Assembly (NCBI GenBank): GCA_045046875.1
Contig: JASFYY010000095.1
Location: 1-64,000 of the forward strand
Origin: Verrucomicrobiota bacterium
GTDB taxonomy: Bacteria; Verrucomicrobiota; Verrucomicrobiia; Verrucomicrobiales; DEV007
DNA length: 64,000 bases
Reading direction: 5' to 3'
Shown here: positions 20,060 to 31,387 of the stretch, in pieces
Numbering within the stretch: position 1 is the first letter of the stretch
How the letters are laid out: the number at the start of each line of letters is the position of its first letter
Position numbers and translations under genes: made by a program
The notes under the pieces: model-generated
Told to the model about the DNA's origin: nothing
What the model saw: only the letters and a program-made list of their open reading frames with translations
Database searches by the model: none

Positions 20060-21790
20060 AATCTCAAAGCTTTCCTTGCCCTCTTTTTTTTCACCTCCGC
20101 TACCAGCCTGATGGCGGACGCCGACTCCCCTGTCGTAGCGGACAGCCCGATGCAGGCTATCCCCGGCGATTTCAAACTCGCAGACGGTCCTGCCTGGGAT
20201 GGTTGGTCGCTCACGGTTCCGGATCCATTCAGCGAAATAACCAAGCGCTATATCCCAAGCAAAGACCTGTGGCAGCCCCTGATGAGCGAGCGCCGTCTCA
20301 GTGGTAGCTTTTATAACCAAGGTATCACTTACTTCGTCGATAATGGTAAAGCCTCCATCCTGCGCCGCGAAAAAAACGGCAAGGTCACTGTCATCCATCA
20401 GGAAGATCTCGCCGCTGACAAAACTCGCAAACCCAACGATCTGGTAGTCGATCGCTCGGGCGGCATTTATTTCACCCTCACTCGTGCAGGAGAGATCGTC
20501 TATGTCCCACCTGGCAAAACCGCCATCACTGTGGCCAACGATGCCAAAACCGCTAACGGACTGATCCTCAATCCTGACGAAAGCATTCTCTATGTCTCCG
20601 AAGCCAGTCTCAAACAGGTCATCGCTTATAAGGTCGGCTCCAACGGTAAACTCAGTGGGCGCCGTGTTTTTGCCAAAATGGAAGGCGGTGATCCTAAAGC
20701 AAAAGGCGGCGCTGATGGCATGAGCATCGACCGCGCGGGCAATGTTTACTGCGCCGGCCCGACCGACATTTGGATCTGGGCACCCGATGGCAAACTGCTT
20801 GATAAAATCCATTGCCCTGACAGGCCGGTCAACTGCACCTTCGGGGGATCAGCTCTGCGCGATCTTTACATCACCGGATTCGGTGGACTCCACGTGCAGA
20901 AAATGCGCATCTCAGGAGTGTCGGCCCAACCACCGGCATCCTGGCCTGAAAAAGAGAGCAAATCTAAACCCAGCGTCACCCTACCCAAAGGAGTCACCCC
21001 GCATTACGATCTCACTTACGCTCAATATGACACACGTAAGATGTTAGCCGATATCTTTGTCCCATCCGGTGACGGCCCTCACCCGGCAGTAGTTATCCTG
21101 CATGGCGGCGGCTGGCACAGCGGCGACAAGATGAAATTCCGCGCCATGGGACTCGACCTGGCCCGTCGAGGATATGTCACCATGGCGATTGCCTACCGAC
21201 TCAGCGGCGAAGCCAAATTCCCTGCCAACATTCAAGACTGCCACGCCGCCGTTCGTTACCTGCGCGCCCACGCCACCGATTACAAAGTCGACGCCAAACG
21301 CATCGGCGTGGTCGGCGGTTCAGCCGGAGCCCACCTCGCCGGCCTGCTCGCCACCACACCTGACGTCTCTGCCCTACAGGGAGACGGAGGCAATCCAGGA
21401 GTATCCTCCGCCGTGCAGGCTGCAGTGGTCATGTCCGGCCCGATGGAAATTGCCACTGGCAGTGTCGCCGAACGTTCGCTGATCAAAGACAACCCCAAAC
21501 CCAACGCCGTGTGGCTATTTGGCGGCAGCGTCAAACAGATGCCGGAAGCCTACGCGCTGGCTGATGCTCACCAACACATTGATAAAAACACGCCGCCCAT
21601 TTTGTTCCAATATGGAGGCAAGGAAGACCCAAGCAAAATCGACCCGTCGGTTAAAAAACTCCAACAACTCAGCATACCAGCCAAAGTTCTCTCCAACTAC
21701 AAAGACGGCAAACACGGCTGTTGGAACCGCCACCCCTGGTTCACCCCGATGATGGATGACATCGACGCCTGGTTTCGTGAGCACCTGTAA
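20057..21790 (+). CDS. Fusion of SMP-30/gluconolactonase and alpha/beta-hydrolase (esterase) domains
   Basis: N-half DGPAW, PNDL, ANG, ADGMSID-GNVY, NCTFGG; C-half HGGGW, GGSAG nucleophile elbow, GKHG. Confidence 0.88.
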   Translation: MNLKAFLALFFFTSATSLMADADSPVVADSPMQAIPGDFKLADGPAWDGWSLTVPDPFSEITKRYIPSKDLWQPLMSERRLSGSFYNQGITYFVDNGKASILRREKNGKVTVIHQEDLAADKTRKPNDLVVDRSGGIYFTLTRAGEIVYVPPGKTAITVANDAKTANGLILNPDESILYVSEASLKQVIAYKVGSNGKLSGRRVFAKMEGGDPKAKGGADGMSIDRAGNVYCAGPTDIWIWAPDGKLLDKIHCPDRPVNCTFGGSALRDLYITGFGGLHVQKMRISGVSAQPPASWPEKESKSKPSVTLPKGVTPHYDLTYAQYDTRKMLADIFVPSGDGPHPAVVILHGGGWHSGDKMKFRAMGLDLARRGYVTMAIAYRLSGEAKFPANIQDCHAAVRYLRAHATDYKVDAKRIGVVGGSAGAHLAGLLATTPDVSALQGDGGNPGVSSAVQAAVVMSGPMEIATGSVAERSLIKDNPKPNAVWLFGGSVKQMPEAYALADAHQHIDKNTPPILFQYGGKEDPSKIDPSVKKLQQLSIPAKVLSNYKDGKHGCWNRHPWFTPMMDDIDAWFREHL

Positions 21791-21912
21791 AGATCGCGGA
21801 AAAGGTAACACTTAAAAGATAACTAACGGGCAACAACATCCGTCAAAGTCGCAGCTCGGGTTTTAATTTCAGATCGTTAAATCCACACACCGCTAACAAC
21901 TTAAAGCAGCTA

Positions 21913-22809
21913 ATGAAAAGACGACAAGCCCTCAAACAACTCACGCTCGGAGTGGGAGCCGCAACCCTCCCCATTGGATCATCCACCCTGCGGGCTGACG
22001 ATCAATCCCCCTGGCTCAAACTCGCTGTGCAGCAATACAGCTTTAATCATCAGCTTCGTTCAGGGGAGCTGAAAATCGTCGATTACCCAAAAACAGTGGT
22101 GGATGGCACCGGTATCAAAGCACTTGAGTATTTCAATGGCCACATGGAGGACAAAGCAGGCAAACAACAATTTTTTAAAAATCTCCGCAAGCGAACTGAC
22201 GACCTTGGCGCTGTAAATACCATGATTCTCTGTCGCAGCAAACACCCGCTCGACTCTCCCGACGCGAAAATTCGCGCTGCCGCCATTGAGGTTTATCGCC
22301 CTTGGCTGGAGGCCATGAAAATTCTCGGTGGTCTGTGCATTCGTGTCGATGTTCGAACGAAGGGTGATCCCGGCGAGCAGCAAAAACATGCTGCCGCGGG
22401 ACTGCGGGCACTGAGTGCCATTGCCGAAGACGATTTCGGGCTATCCATCGTGGTTGAGAACCACGGCGGACACTCAAGCACAGGAACCTGGGTCGCTGAT
22501 CTAATGAAGACCGTCGATCGCAAAAACTGCGGCACGCTGCCTGACTTTCAAAATTTCACCGACTACGATCCTTATAAAGGAGTCGAAGAGATGATGCCAT
22601 GGGCCAAGGTGGTTTGTGCCAAATCAAAAGGCTTTGACTCCAGCGGCAATGAGTCCAACGTCGATTATCGCCGCATGTTAAAAATCGTCAAGAACAGCGG
22701 TTTCCACGGTTACATCGGCATTGAATTTGAAGGGCATGAGACCGACCCCATCAAGGGGATCAACCAAACCAAAAATCTGATCAAAAAGGTAATGACCGAG
22801 CTGGGCTGA
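21913..22809 (+). CDS. Sugar phosphate isomerase/epimerase family (AP endonuclease 2 TIM barrel), Tat-exported
   Basis: MKRRQAL signal; [22 protein letters not shown] motifs. Confidence 0.88.
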   Translation: MKRRQALKQLTLGVGAATLPIGSSTLRADDQSPWLKLAVQQYSFNHQLRSGELKIVDYPKTVVDGTGIKALEYFNGHMEDKAGKQQFFKNLRKRTDDLGAVNTMILCRSKHPLDSPDAKIRAAAIEVYRPWLEAMKILGGLCIRVDVRTKGDPGEQQKHAAAGLRALSAIAEDDFGLSIVVENHGGHSSTGTWVADLMKTVDRKNCGTLPDFQNFTDYDPYKGVEEMMPWAKVVCAKSKGFDSSGNESNVDYRRMLKIVKNSGFHGYIGIEFEGHETDPIKGINQTKNLIKKVMTELG

Positions 22810-22838
22810 AATTGCTCCAACCATTAGAATATCCAATC

Positions 22839-24473
22839 ATGAAACCCAATAGACTGAAAAACATTTTCTATTCCTTATCCGCATTCGTTCTATTGACGAA
22901 CGCCAGCTACGGCGACTCCCGCCCAAACATCGTTTTTGTCTTTTCCGACGACCACGCCACCCAGGCCATCAGTGCTTATGGAGGCAGACTCGCAAAAGTA
23001 GCCCCGACGCCCAACCTGGATCGCATCGCCGAGCAAGGAATGCGATTTGATCGCTGCATGGTCACCAACTCGATCTGCGGGCCCAGCCGAGCCACGATTT
23101 TGACCGGTAAATACAGTCATAAAAACGGCTTTTACACCAATGAAAACACCGTCTTTGATGGTAGCCAACAAACCTTTCCCAAGCTGCTGCAAAAAGCTGG
23201 TTACCAGACTGCCATTATCGGCAAGTGGCATCTTGGCAGTAATCCCACCGGCTTTGATCACTGGGAAATTCTTCCCGGACAGGGCAGTTATTACAACCCG
23301 GATTTCATCACCAAAGAAGGTAAACACCAGGAAACAGGATACGTCACTAACATCGTAACCGACAAAGCAAAAGCCTGGCTTGAGCAACGCGACAAGGACA
23401 AACCCTTCATTTTGATGGTGCAGCACAAAGCCCCGCACCGGGCATGGGATCCCGCACCGGAATATCTTAGCACTTTCGATGACGTGGAAATCCCTGAGCC
23501 TGAGACCCTTTTTGATGATTATTCCGGTCGTGGCACCGCCGCCCGTGATCAGGACATGACGATCGAAAAAACCATGACTCTGGGCCGGGATCTCAAGGTG
23601 AAAGAAAAAGACGTCACCGGCAGCTTCATGAAAAGAGGTTATGGACGATTGAACCCTGAACAGGCAGCACTGTGGGACGCCGCTTATCAGAAAAAAAACG
23701 ATGCTTTCCTTGCCGCCAAATTAACAGGCAAGGAACTCACCCGTTGGAAATACCAACGATACATGAAGGACTATCTGCGCTGCATCAAATCAGTCGATGA
23801 CAGCGTCGGGGAACTTCAGCAATACCTGACAAAAAACGGGCACTCTGAAAACACCGTTTTCATCTACTCCAGTGACCAGGGTTTTTACCTCGGTGAGCAC
23901 GGTTGGTTCGACAAACGTTTCATGTTCGACGAATCCTACCGCACCCCGCTGCTCGTCTCCTGGCCCGGCAAAATCAAAGCCGGCAGCGTCAACCGGGATC
24001 TGGTTTCAAATCTTGATTTCGCCGAGACTTTTCTCGATCTTGCCGGAGCTGAGATTCCTCAAGACATGCAGGGGGCTAGTCTGGTGCCGATATTCAAAGA
24101 CTCTAAACCCGCCGACTGGAGAAGCAGTCATTATTACCATTATTACGAATACCCCGGTTGGCACATGGTGCAACGACACGAAGGAATCTATGATGGTCGT
24201 TACAAACTCATGCACTATTACGACGTCGATGAATGGGAGCTCTATGACATGAAGTCGGATCCACAGGAAATGAAAAGCGTGTATGGCCATCCCGATTACA
24301 CCGAAATCAGTAAACGCCTGCATCGTGAACTTGATGGCCTGCGCAAACAATTTGATCTACCAGTCATTGAAAAACAGGATCTAAGCAATGTGAATATGCG
24401 TTATCATTCAGAGAGCCTGCGCAAAGCAGGCATCGCCAGAAAAAAATCTGCTGCTGCAAAAAAAGGAAACTAA
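22839..24473 (+). CDS. Cys-type sulfatase (N-acetylglucosamine-6-sulfatase-like)
   Basis: [43 protein letters not shown]. Confidence 0.92.
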   Translation: MKPNRLKNIFYSLSAFVLLTNASYGDSRPNIVFVFSDDHATQAISAYGGRLAKVAPTPNLDRIAEQGMRFDRCMVTNSICGPSRATILTGKYSHKNGFYTNENTVFDGSQQTFPKLLQKAGYQTAIIGKWHLGSNPTGFDHWEILPGQGSYYNPDFITKEGKHQETGYVTNIVTDKAKAWLEQRDKDKPFILMVQHKAPHRAWDPAPEYLSTFDDVEIPEPETLFDDYSGRGTAARDQDMTIEKTMTLGRDLKVKEKDVTGSFMKRGYGRLNPEQAALWDAAYQKKNDAFLAAKLTGKELTRWKYQRYMKDYLRCIKSVDDSVGELQQYLTKNGHSENTVFIYSSDQGFYLGEHGWFDKRFMFDESYRTPLLVSWPGKIKAGSVNRDLVSNLDFAETFLDLAGAEIPQDMQGASLVPIFKDSKPADWRSSHYYHYYEYPGWHMVQRHEGIYDGRYKLMHYYDVDEWELYDMKSDPQEMKSVYGHPDYTEISKRLHRELDGLRKQFDLPVIEKQDLSNVNMRYHSESLRKAGIARKKSAAAKKGN

Positions 24474-25561
24474 CGGATAATGATATCCGCCAGATTAGCA
24501 TCCCATTTCAAACTGGCGGATATACTCAACCCTCCATCATCACCAATCTTGAATGCTGTCAGGGTCGCCGCCCGGGTCGCTGATACCATCAAGTAGTCAC
24601 CCTGCGGGGAAAGATGCAAGGCCCAGGGGATTTTATCAGCCTGCGTAAGTCCCAGTAGTTCAACTTGGCCATCAGCCAGAACCTTATAACGGGCGATTTT
24701 ATCAAAATCCCGTGTCAGTCCTCGAATGCCGGCAAAAAGAAAACGCCCATCCGGCGTGATCACCACATCGGAAGCGGTAATACCCTGTTTATCAAACGCG
24801 GGCTCAACTGCTTCACACACCTGAAAAATTTTGAGCTGTCCGGAGCCTGTTCGAGAATACACCGAAACCCCCAAACCTTGTTCATTGCTGAAATAAACGG
24901 TCGGCAAGCTGGGATGATAAATCATGTGCCGGGGACCCGTCCCCGCCGGAGGGCTGGCACTTTTAGGATCAAGAGCTTTTAGCTGCCCGCTGTTTTCATC
25001 AAAAGCATATTGATACAACTCGTTGTTATCTTTCACATAAGGGATATAAACAAAACGATTATCCGGTGATGGCAAAACACAGTGCGCATTTTTCCGCCCC
25101 TCATCCAAACCACTGACATGCGCTTTTAAAACCCCGCTCTGATCGAGTGAATACACATCCACAAATCCATCCCCGTAATTGGCTGTCAGCAGAAATTTAT
25201 TTTTCCGGTCGAGGCTGAGAAAAGCCGCTCCGTGTTTCAACTTGAAAGGGATCACTTTTTCAACAAATCCTTGCTCATTTAAAATTACAGTGGCTCCAGG
25301 AACCTTGCCTTCCTCCCCACCCGAAGCTGACACGTAAAGCATCGGTTTTTCTGGATGTTGAGTCATCGATCCGGCAGGGAATCCCAAATCCGCGGATTCC
25401 ACTTGTTTCAAACTGAGTTTGCCATCCTTCACTTTTGCCTCGGCAATCAACAAGGCCTGGCTTACCCGACTCGGGGCGTAGATTTTAAATTCGGAGTCGG
25501 CAGCCAGGGATGTCATTGAGATGAATAAGCTGCTGCAGAAAACAGTAAAAAGAACCTTCAT
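24470..25561 (-). CDS. Lactonase family 7-bladed beta-propeller (6-phosphogluconolactonase-like)
   Basis: [34 protein letters not shown] motifs. Confidence 0.88.
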   Translation of the reverse strand: MKVLFTVFCSSLFISMTSLAADSEFKIYAPSRVSQALLIAEAKVKDGKLSLKQVESADLGFPAGSMTQHPEKPMLYVSASGGEEGKVPGATVILNEQGFVEKVIPFKLKHGAAFLSLDRKNKFLLTANYGDGFVDVYSLDQSGVLKAHVSGLDEGRKNAHCVLPSPDNRFVYIPYVKDNNELYQYAFDENSGQLKALDPKSASPPAGTGPRHMIYHPSLPTVYFSNEQGLGVSVYSRTGSGQLKIFQVCEAVEPAFDKQGITASDVVITPDGRFLFAGIRGLTRDFDKIARYKVLADGQVELLGLTQADKIPWALHLSPQGDYLMVSATRAATLTAFKIGDDGGLSISASLKWDANLADIIIR

Positions 25562-25673
25562 AATCCATCAATCAACAGCCTGATGCCAGGGAGTCAAACC
25601 ATTCGCTTGCCACCATTGACACAATGAAAGACACATGGCTGCTTTGCATTCCATCTTGCCCACTAAATATTTC

Positions 25674-26624
25674 ATGAAACTCCCCTTCTACCTGACCCTG
25701 TTTTTCATACTGCCCTTCAGCCTGTTTTCAGCCCCGCATCCCGGGCACCGTCTGATGCTTGGTTATGGAGAAGGCCTGATGGAACTGGATAAAAATAACA
25801 ACACCGTCTGGCATTATCAAAATCCCGAGATCGAACTGGTGCACGACGTTTGGAAATTGGACAATGGCAACGTTCTCTTCTCCCACCGCTACGGCGTTCG
25901 TGAAGTCGATGCCGACAAACAAACCATCTGGGATTTCAAAGTGCCCCGGGAAAAAGGCAAACAGGAAATCAACGCCTGCCAACCACTGGAGAACGGCAAG
26001 GTGATGATCCTCGACTGTGGCAACCAGAAAATCCTCGAAGTCGACCGCGACTACAAGGTGACTCTGTCCATCGACCTGCCGGATGGCGGCAAAAACTCCC
26101 ACACCCGTTACATGCAGGCGCGCAAAACAGCTCAAGGCACTTACTTGATTTCCTACCGTGAAAAAGCTAAAATTCTCGAGCTGAACACAAACGGCGACAT
26201 CATTTGGCAATACCAACTGGAAAAAACCGATCGCCCTTTCACTGCCATCCGGCTGGAAAACGGCAATACACTGGTTCCCTGCATCACCTCCAACCGCATC
26301 ATTGAAATCTCCCCTGATAAAAAAATCACCTGGGAACTGAACAGTAAAGATGAGCTCGGATTTCAGATTCTCTATCCGGTCGGCGTGCAAGTGCTCAAAA
26401 ACGGCAACCTGGTCGTGATCAATTCGGACTACCATCACCGCAAGGGATCAAACAACGATGTGCAGGCCTTTGAAATCACTCGTGATAAAAAAGTGCTGTG
26501 GACACTGAAAAAATCGGATCTCGAAAACGACGGCAAAGTCCCGGTAGTTGAACGCGGAACCAAAATGCCTTCCCACCATCTGCTGGGCATTCAAGTCATC
26601 GGCGAAAACCCCTCATTGAAATAA
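25674..26624 (+). CDS. Secreted beta-propeller repeat protein
   Basis: Repeated L-x-NGN-x-L...I-x-E-x-x-x-D/N-x-x-x-x-W blades; signal peptide. Confidence 0.7.
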   Translation: MKLPFYLTLFFILPFSLFSAPHPGHRLMLGYGEGLMELDKNNNTVWHYQNPEIELVHDVWKLDNGNVLFSHRYGVREVDADKQTIWDFKVPREKGKQEINACQPLENGKVMILDCGNQKILEVDRDYKVTLSIDLPDGGKNSHTRYMQARKTAQGTYLISYREKAKILELNTNGDIIWQYQLEKTDRPFTAIRLENGNTLVPCITSNRIIEISPDKKITWELNSKDELGFQILYPVGVQVLKNGNLVVINSDYHHRKGSNNDVQAFEITRDKKVLWTLKKSDLENDGKVPVVERGTKMPSHHLLGIQVIGENPSLK

Positions 26625-26664
26625 ACATTAACCTTTCCAACAAATACCTATACCACCCCAAGCT

Positions 26665-28119
26665 ATGAAAATATCTCTCAAGAACACCACTCAAGCCCTC
26701 TCAAAAACCGACCTACTTGTCATTTTTGCGCGCCAAGGCTCCAAAGCCAAACTGCCTCAAGGAGTGCAAGTCCCACCGCTCGCGCTCAAATCATTCGAGG
26801 GAAAAGAACGCGAGATGCGCCTGACCGATGCCACCGACGGCCCCGCCGCACGCGTCCTGTTGATCGGCTTGGGTGACAGCAAAACCATCGACTGCGAAAC
26901 CTTGCGCCGCTGTGGTGCTCTGGCGACAAAAAAAGCCGAGAAAACCCATTCCGCCTCCGTCGCCATCTATTTTGATCTACCTGTCGGCAAACAGAGTGAA
27001 ACCCTCGGCCAGGCCCTCGCCGAAGGAGCCGTGATGGGAGCCTATCGTCTCACCGATTTTCAAAGCACCGCCAAACCAGCTGCCTTGAAACGCCTGCTCA
27101 TCTACGGCAATAAAGAATTCAAGCTCGGCGCAATACACGGACAAATCATTGCCCAGGCCAACTGCCTGGCTCGTCGGCTCAAGGACACCCCTGGCAATTT
27201 GATGCGCCCACGCGACCTCGTTAGTGAAGCAAAAAAAATCGCAAAAAACAGCTCCTCCCTCAGCGTCAAAATCATCGACGAAAAAGCGATGGCTCGACTC
27301 AAGATGGATGCCCTGCTGTCCGTTTCAAAAGGCTCCTGCGAACCTGCCTACCTGATCCACCTGATCTACAAGCCCAAAAAGAAGAGCTCTCGCAAAATTT
27401 GTCTGGTCGGCAAAGGACTCACCTTTGATGCCGGCGGCATCAGCCTCAAACCCTCCGGCAAGATGGACGAAATGAAATACGACATGTCCGGAGGAGCCGC
27501 TGTTTTAGGTGTTTTCAAAGCACTCGCCGAAATGGACATCGATGCCGAGGTTCACGGACTGGTCCCCACTTCGGAAAACCTGCCTGACGGCAAAGCGGTC
27601 AAACCGGGTGATCTGGTCACCGCCATGAACGGGCTCAGCATCGAGGTTCTCAACACTGACGCCGAAGGACGATTGATTCTCGCCGATGCTCTTTGTTACG
27701 CCAAAGAAAAAATCAAACCTGATGCCATGATCGATCTCGCCACCCTCACCGGCGCGGTGGTGGTCGCTCTTGGTCACGAGATGAGCGGAGTGATGGGCAA
27801 CGATCAGAACGTGATCGACGATCTGATTGCCGCCGGAAAACGCAGCGGCGAACTGGTCTGGCCGCTACCGCTGCACGACGTTCATCAGGAAGAGATGAAA
27901 GGCAAAGTAGGCGACCTGCGTAACATCAGTAGCCCCGGAGCCGGAGCCGGATCCTCCACTGGCGGCGCCTTTTTATCCAACTTCGTCGACGACATCCCCT
28001 GGGCCCATCTCGACATCGCCGGCAGCGCCTGGGGCGCCGCAGACCGGGATTACCAAGGCGGTGCCAAAGGCACCGGCGTCGGCGTGCGCCTGCTCATCGA
28101 TTATCTACAGCAAAGCTAA
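26665..28119 (+). CDS. pepA: Leucyl aminopeptidase (M17)
   Basis: VGKGLTFDAGG, MKYDM, NTDAEGRL, DLATLTGA, WAHLDIAG. Confidence 0.95.
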   Translation: MKISLKNTTQALSKTDLLVIFARQGSKAKLPQGVQVPPLALKSFEGKEREMRLTDATDGPAARVLLIGLGDSKTIDCETLRRCGALATKKAEKTHSASVAIYFDLPVGKQSETLGQALAEGAVMGAYRLTDFQSTAKPAALKRLLIYGNKEFKLGAIHGQIIAQANCLARRLKDTPGNLMRPRDLVSEAKKIAKNSSSLSVKIIDEKAMARLKMDALLSVSKGSCEPAYLIHLIYKPKKKSSRKICLVGKGLTFDAGGISLKPSGKMDEMKYDMSGGAAVLGVFKALAEMDIDAEVHGLVPTSENLPDGKAVKPGDLVTAMNGLSIEVLNTDAEGRLILADALCYAKEKIKPDAMIDLATLTGAVVVALGHEMSGVMGNDQNVIDDLIAAGKRSGELVWPLPLHDVHQEEMKGKVGDLRNISSPGAGAGSSTGGAFLSNFVDDIPWAHLDIAGSAWGAADRDYQGGAKGTGVGVRLLIDYLQQS

Positions 28120-28147
28120 AAAATCCGTAAAAAACAAACCCCGCAAC

Positions 28148-28191
28148 AAAAAAACGTACCGATAGAATGTCCGGCTGGACATTCTATCGGT
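28148..28191. terminator. Intrinsic terminator-like hairpin between convergent genes
   Basis: 15-bp perfect stem ACCGATAGAATGTCC/GGACATTCTATCGGT (28158-28191); A-tract on the left gives a U-tract on the minus strand. Confidence 0.65.
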
Positions 28192-28329
28192 CGTCACCTG
28201 CCCTCAATGACAGAACAATGCGAGGGTTGGCTTGTGCCGACAAAAGATGAGTGATGGTTCGCATATCAAAAGTGCGGGCGCTGTCTCGCAAAGCTCGCCC
28301 CCCCATGCGCGAATCGCATGAAATAAAAA

Positions 28330-28542
28330 TTCAGAACACCAGACACCTTCTGGGAAAATGTTGTTGGAATGAGGTGCTCTAAATTTGAGAGTAAAATTAA
28401 AAGCGATACCCAAACGAGAAAAACGGATTGCCAATCCATTCCACATGCTGATGCTAATGCTAATGCGAAAAATTTCAATAATCTGCGGGCATCAGTTCAG
28501 AGTGATATCAGAATAAGGTCATCCCATGTCTGGTGTTCTGAA
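28330..28542. mobile_element. Small IR-bounded element (MITE/REPIN-like)
   Basis: Perfect 16-bp IR TTCAGAACACCAGACA (28330-28345) / TGTCTGGTGTTCTGAA (28527-28542); first about 95 bp recur inverted at 34844-34932. Confidence 0.55.
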
Positions 28543-28610
28543 CTTATCGAATTAAAAACTTTACAGGTTCTAATAGCCTTTTTTGTTTCCCAACTCAAGC
28601 CTCTTCCCCC

Positions 28611-28640
28611 ATCAGTGCACATCAGTGAAATCAGTGGTTA
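28611..28640. repeat. Triple-nonamer repeat, solo arm D
   Basis: ATCAGTGCAC-ATCAGTGAA-ATCAGTGGTT. Confidence 0.8.
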
Positions 28641-28666
28641 AAAAAATGTCTTGTGGCGTGCTCCCC

Positions 28667-29833
28667 CTACTTTACCGAACCCACTGGATAATCCTTCCAC
28701 AGCCATTCCAACGCGTGAGGCAGGAATTGCGCTTTGGCATTGCCGATGCCGTGACGGGCATCGAGGCAATACAAATACTGATAGTGATAGCCCTTGTCCT
28801 TCAGCACTTTTGCCATACGATTATTGGCCGCCACCCAGTCATGCATGTCATCACGCATGATGTTAGGATTGAGCAAATCACGATCGCCAACGGCCAGGAA
28901 AATCCGCAGCGGCTTCACTTCGCTGTTTGGGATCAATGTTTTATGAAAACCCCAGGCACCATCTGGAAACTTGGGATCAAAAGGCCAGGCTTGGTTCACA
29001 AAGGTGCCTGAGGTGGTCAGCACCCGATGATACAAATCCGGACGAAACCACGCCATGATCAACGCTGCCGAACCACCGGAACTGCTGCCCATGACCGCAC
29101 GTGCGTTCGGGTCTTTACTCAGTTTCACCTTATACTTTTTCTCTACCTGCGGCAATATGTGGGTTTCAATATACTCGGCAAACATGCCTGACATATTATC
29201 ATACTCACGCCCACGCTCATGCCCCTGGGCATCACCTCCTCCATTGGCGATCATGATGGCGACCATCGGTGGGACTCGTTTCTGGGCAATCAAGTTGTCG
29301 AGGATACGTGGCATTCTCATATCCGGCTTTCCTACCACCTTGGAGCCATCGTGTGAGACGATGAAAGGCGCATCGCTGCCTGGTTGATACTGCGCTGGAA
29401 TGTAAACGGTGATGGTTCGTTTGTAGTCGATCTCATGGGTTTCGACAATCAGCGTCTTGGGGTTGTTCGGATCCAGTTCACCAAAAACATCCCGGGCGAT
29501 TCCCGGATTATAAAGCGTGCCGGTCTTCGAATCGATACTGAACTGATGCACCGCCCCCTGCGGAACTCCTTCAACGACCTTGAGCTCGGGAGCCGGAATG
29601 TAATCCGGCCCGATCAGAAAATCACCATCCACGTCAGCAGGTGGATTCACTCCTGGTTTCCCGTCCAGCCGGATGAAGGTCAGTGTTCCCGGTGCATCAA
29701 ACGCACGCGTTGGAGGCGTCGGACGTTTCTGCTTCTTCGGGGCTGGCTTTTTCGAATCCGCACCCAATGCCGGTGTGGACAACACACAGGAAAAGGCAAA
29801 AACAAAAAGCGATGCTGTAATGATATATTTCAT
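28667..29833 (-). CDS. Secreted esterase (enterochelin-esterase-like alpha/beta hydrolase)
   Basis: RTITVYIPAQY, RGREYD, GSSSGG nucleophile elbow, ALEWLW. Confidence 0.85.
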   Translation of the reverse strand: MKYIITASLFVFAFSCVLSTPALGADSKKPAPKKQKRPTPPTRAFDAPGTLTFIRLDGKPGVNPPADVDGDFLIGPDYIPAPELKVVEGVPQGAVHQFSIDSKTGTLYNPGIARDVFGELDPNNPKTLIVETHEIDYKRTITVYIPAQYQPGSDAPFIVSHDGSKVVGKPDMRMPRILDNLIAQKRVPPMVAIMIANGGGDAQGHERGREYDNMSGMFAEYIETHILPQVEKKYKVKLSKDPNARAVMGSSSGGSAALIMAWFRPDLYHRVLTTSGTFVNQAWPFDPKFPDGAWGFHKTLIPNSEVKPLRIFLAVGDRDLLNPNIMRDDMHDWVAANNRMAKVLKDKGYHYQYLYCLDARHGIGNAKAQFLPHALEWLWKDYPVGSVK

Positions 29834-29899
29834 AGTAAATTTTGTTAATTGAGTGTCGAACAGATCGACTAATGTGAAACTATATTTTTTCCAAACCCC

Positions 29900-31300
29900 T
29901 TATTTTCGTTCGCCTCCCTCTTCCCACAATTGCTGCAACAATTTCACCGCCGTATCCACCAGCATCTGGATCCCTTCAAGCGACACAAAATTCACACCTG
30001 CCAGAGTTTCGTATCCCTCGTGCTGAAATCCTTGCGCGGTGGGCTCGTAACCGATCCAATCGTTGGTCAATTCACTCACAATGGTGTGGGGGAAAGGCGA
30101 GCGTTTTTTCATATCGATTCCCCATTCCACAAAAAGTTCCCCGGAATTGGTCGCGATGCCCAAGGGGCCAATCCGCGCAGCGCTTACCGGGACTTTGCGG
30201 GTCCTGGGCATCTTGGCTGCGGTGCGCTTGGCAGAGTCAAACATGTCCGGTCGCCATCCCAAGCGGGCAATAGCTCCTTCTCGTTGTTTGGTCGGATCAC
30301 TCAGCGGCACCTCCACATCGCGTCGCACGCAACCCACGGCTACCGCCCCCTTAATAAGGGTTGCCCCTTTGGCCGCAGCCACCGCGGCCCTCGCAAAAAC
30401 TGCGCCTTGCTCTCGCCAATCGTCATTCAGCTCACCTGTGGGGTTGATATTGCCCGAGCAACCCTGGGTAAATACGCTCACCGCTTCTTCCCCATATTCT
30501 TTGCCAATATGCTCCGCAATCAATCCGGGAAAATCCGCGGACCAGGTTCTGAGACGAGCGCGATCACGGTGATGAGGGTGACAGGTAAAATTCACCAATG
30601 TGCCCAACACTCGTCCATCCAGGGTATCGAAACGAGCTAACCACAACTCAGGGTCGATCGGCCCCTCCGTGCCGAGCACCTGCGGAGTTTGCTCCAGGTC
30701 ATTCAGCTTCTTCAGCCAGGTATTCAACACCAATCCATCAGCCTTACTTATCACTCGCCGGTTATGATGACCTTCGTAAACCAGTGAACGTCCCAGGAAC
30801 ATACGAGCCGCTTGACGTGTTTTGTAAGCCTGCTCGATGCTATCCGCAATAAGCCCCGGCAAAGTTGACAAATAATCCTTGTTCTTCTCTCCCCCCATCG
30901 GAACAAAAGGTGAACTGTGATTGTGAGTTGGACAGATCAATATCGTATTTCCATCAATCCCTGTCCGCTTAGCCGCCTCGGCGATAGCCGCATCAGCCAG
31001 ATCCCGGCGAATTTTGACAAGATCCAAACTCACAATGACGACCGTATTTCCACCACTCAGAGCCACCAGAGTCCTGGCCATCAGCGGATCCTCCATGCCA
31101 ACACTGATCGGAAGACGCGGGCCAGTCATGATAGTTCCAACCGGCGGAGTGATCTCCACCTGACCGAACCCGACTTCCAATACCCCCGGCGGGCCATCGA
31201 CCTCCGCCGCATGCGCAGAAGCTCCGGATAGAACCAACACCACCAGCAAAATCAAAAGGCCTCTCAGCAGATTACCCGTATTTCGATTTCTCATTTTCAT
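29900..31300 (-). CDS. Neutral/alkaline ceramidase-like metallo-amidohydrolase, secreted
   Basis: ITPP, DPL-AR, THNHSSP, NFTCHP, QGCSGNINP, GELFVE-G, GYEPT-GYE. Confidence 0.7.
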   Translation of the reverse strand: MKMRNRNTGNLLRGLLILLVVLVLSGASAHAAEVDGPPGVLEVGFGQVEITPPVGTIMTGPRLPISVGMEDPLMARTLVALSGGNTVVIVSLDLVKIRRDLADAAIAEAAKRTGIDGNTILICPTHNHSSPFVPMGGEKNKDYLSTLPGLIADSIEQAYKTRQAARMFLGRSLVYEGHHNRRVISKADGLVLNTWLKKLNDLEQTPQVLGTEGPIDPELWLARFDTLDGRVLGTLVNFTCHPHHRDRARLRTWSADFPGLIAEHIGKEYGEEAVSVFTQGCSGNINPTGELNDDWREQGAVFARAAVAAAKGATLIKGAVAVGCVRRDVEVPLSDPTKQREGAIARLGWRPDMFDSAKRTAAKMPRTRKVPVSAARIGPLGIATNSGELFVEWGIDMKKRSPFPHTIVSELTNDWIGYEPTAQGFQHEGYETLAGVNFVSLEGIQMLVDTAVKLLQQLWEEGGERK

Positions 31301-31387
31301 CTCTTCGCTATTGAATGGTTTCAACCTTTCCGACGACGCTTAGCTCATCTCAAACAAAGCCCGGTCGGATCAACCAAGCCAATAACA

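Noticed and set aside
19963..20244. N-terminal extension of ORF 19342-20244 (similarly 9411, 16408, 45386 starts)
   Set aside because: Overlaps other genes or promoters; better starts with signal peptides or family-typical N-termini lie downstream
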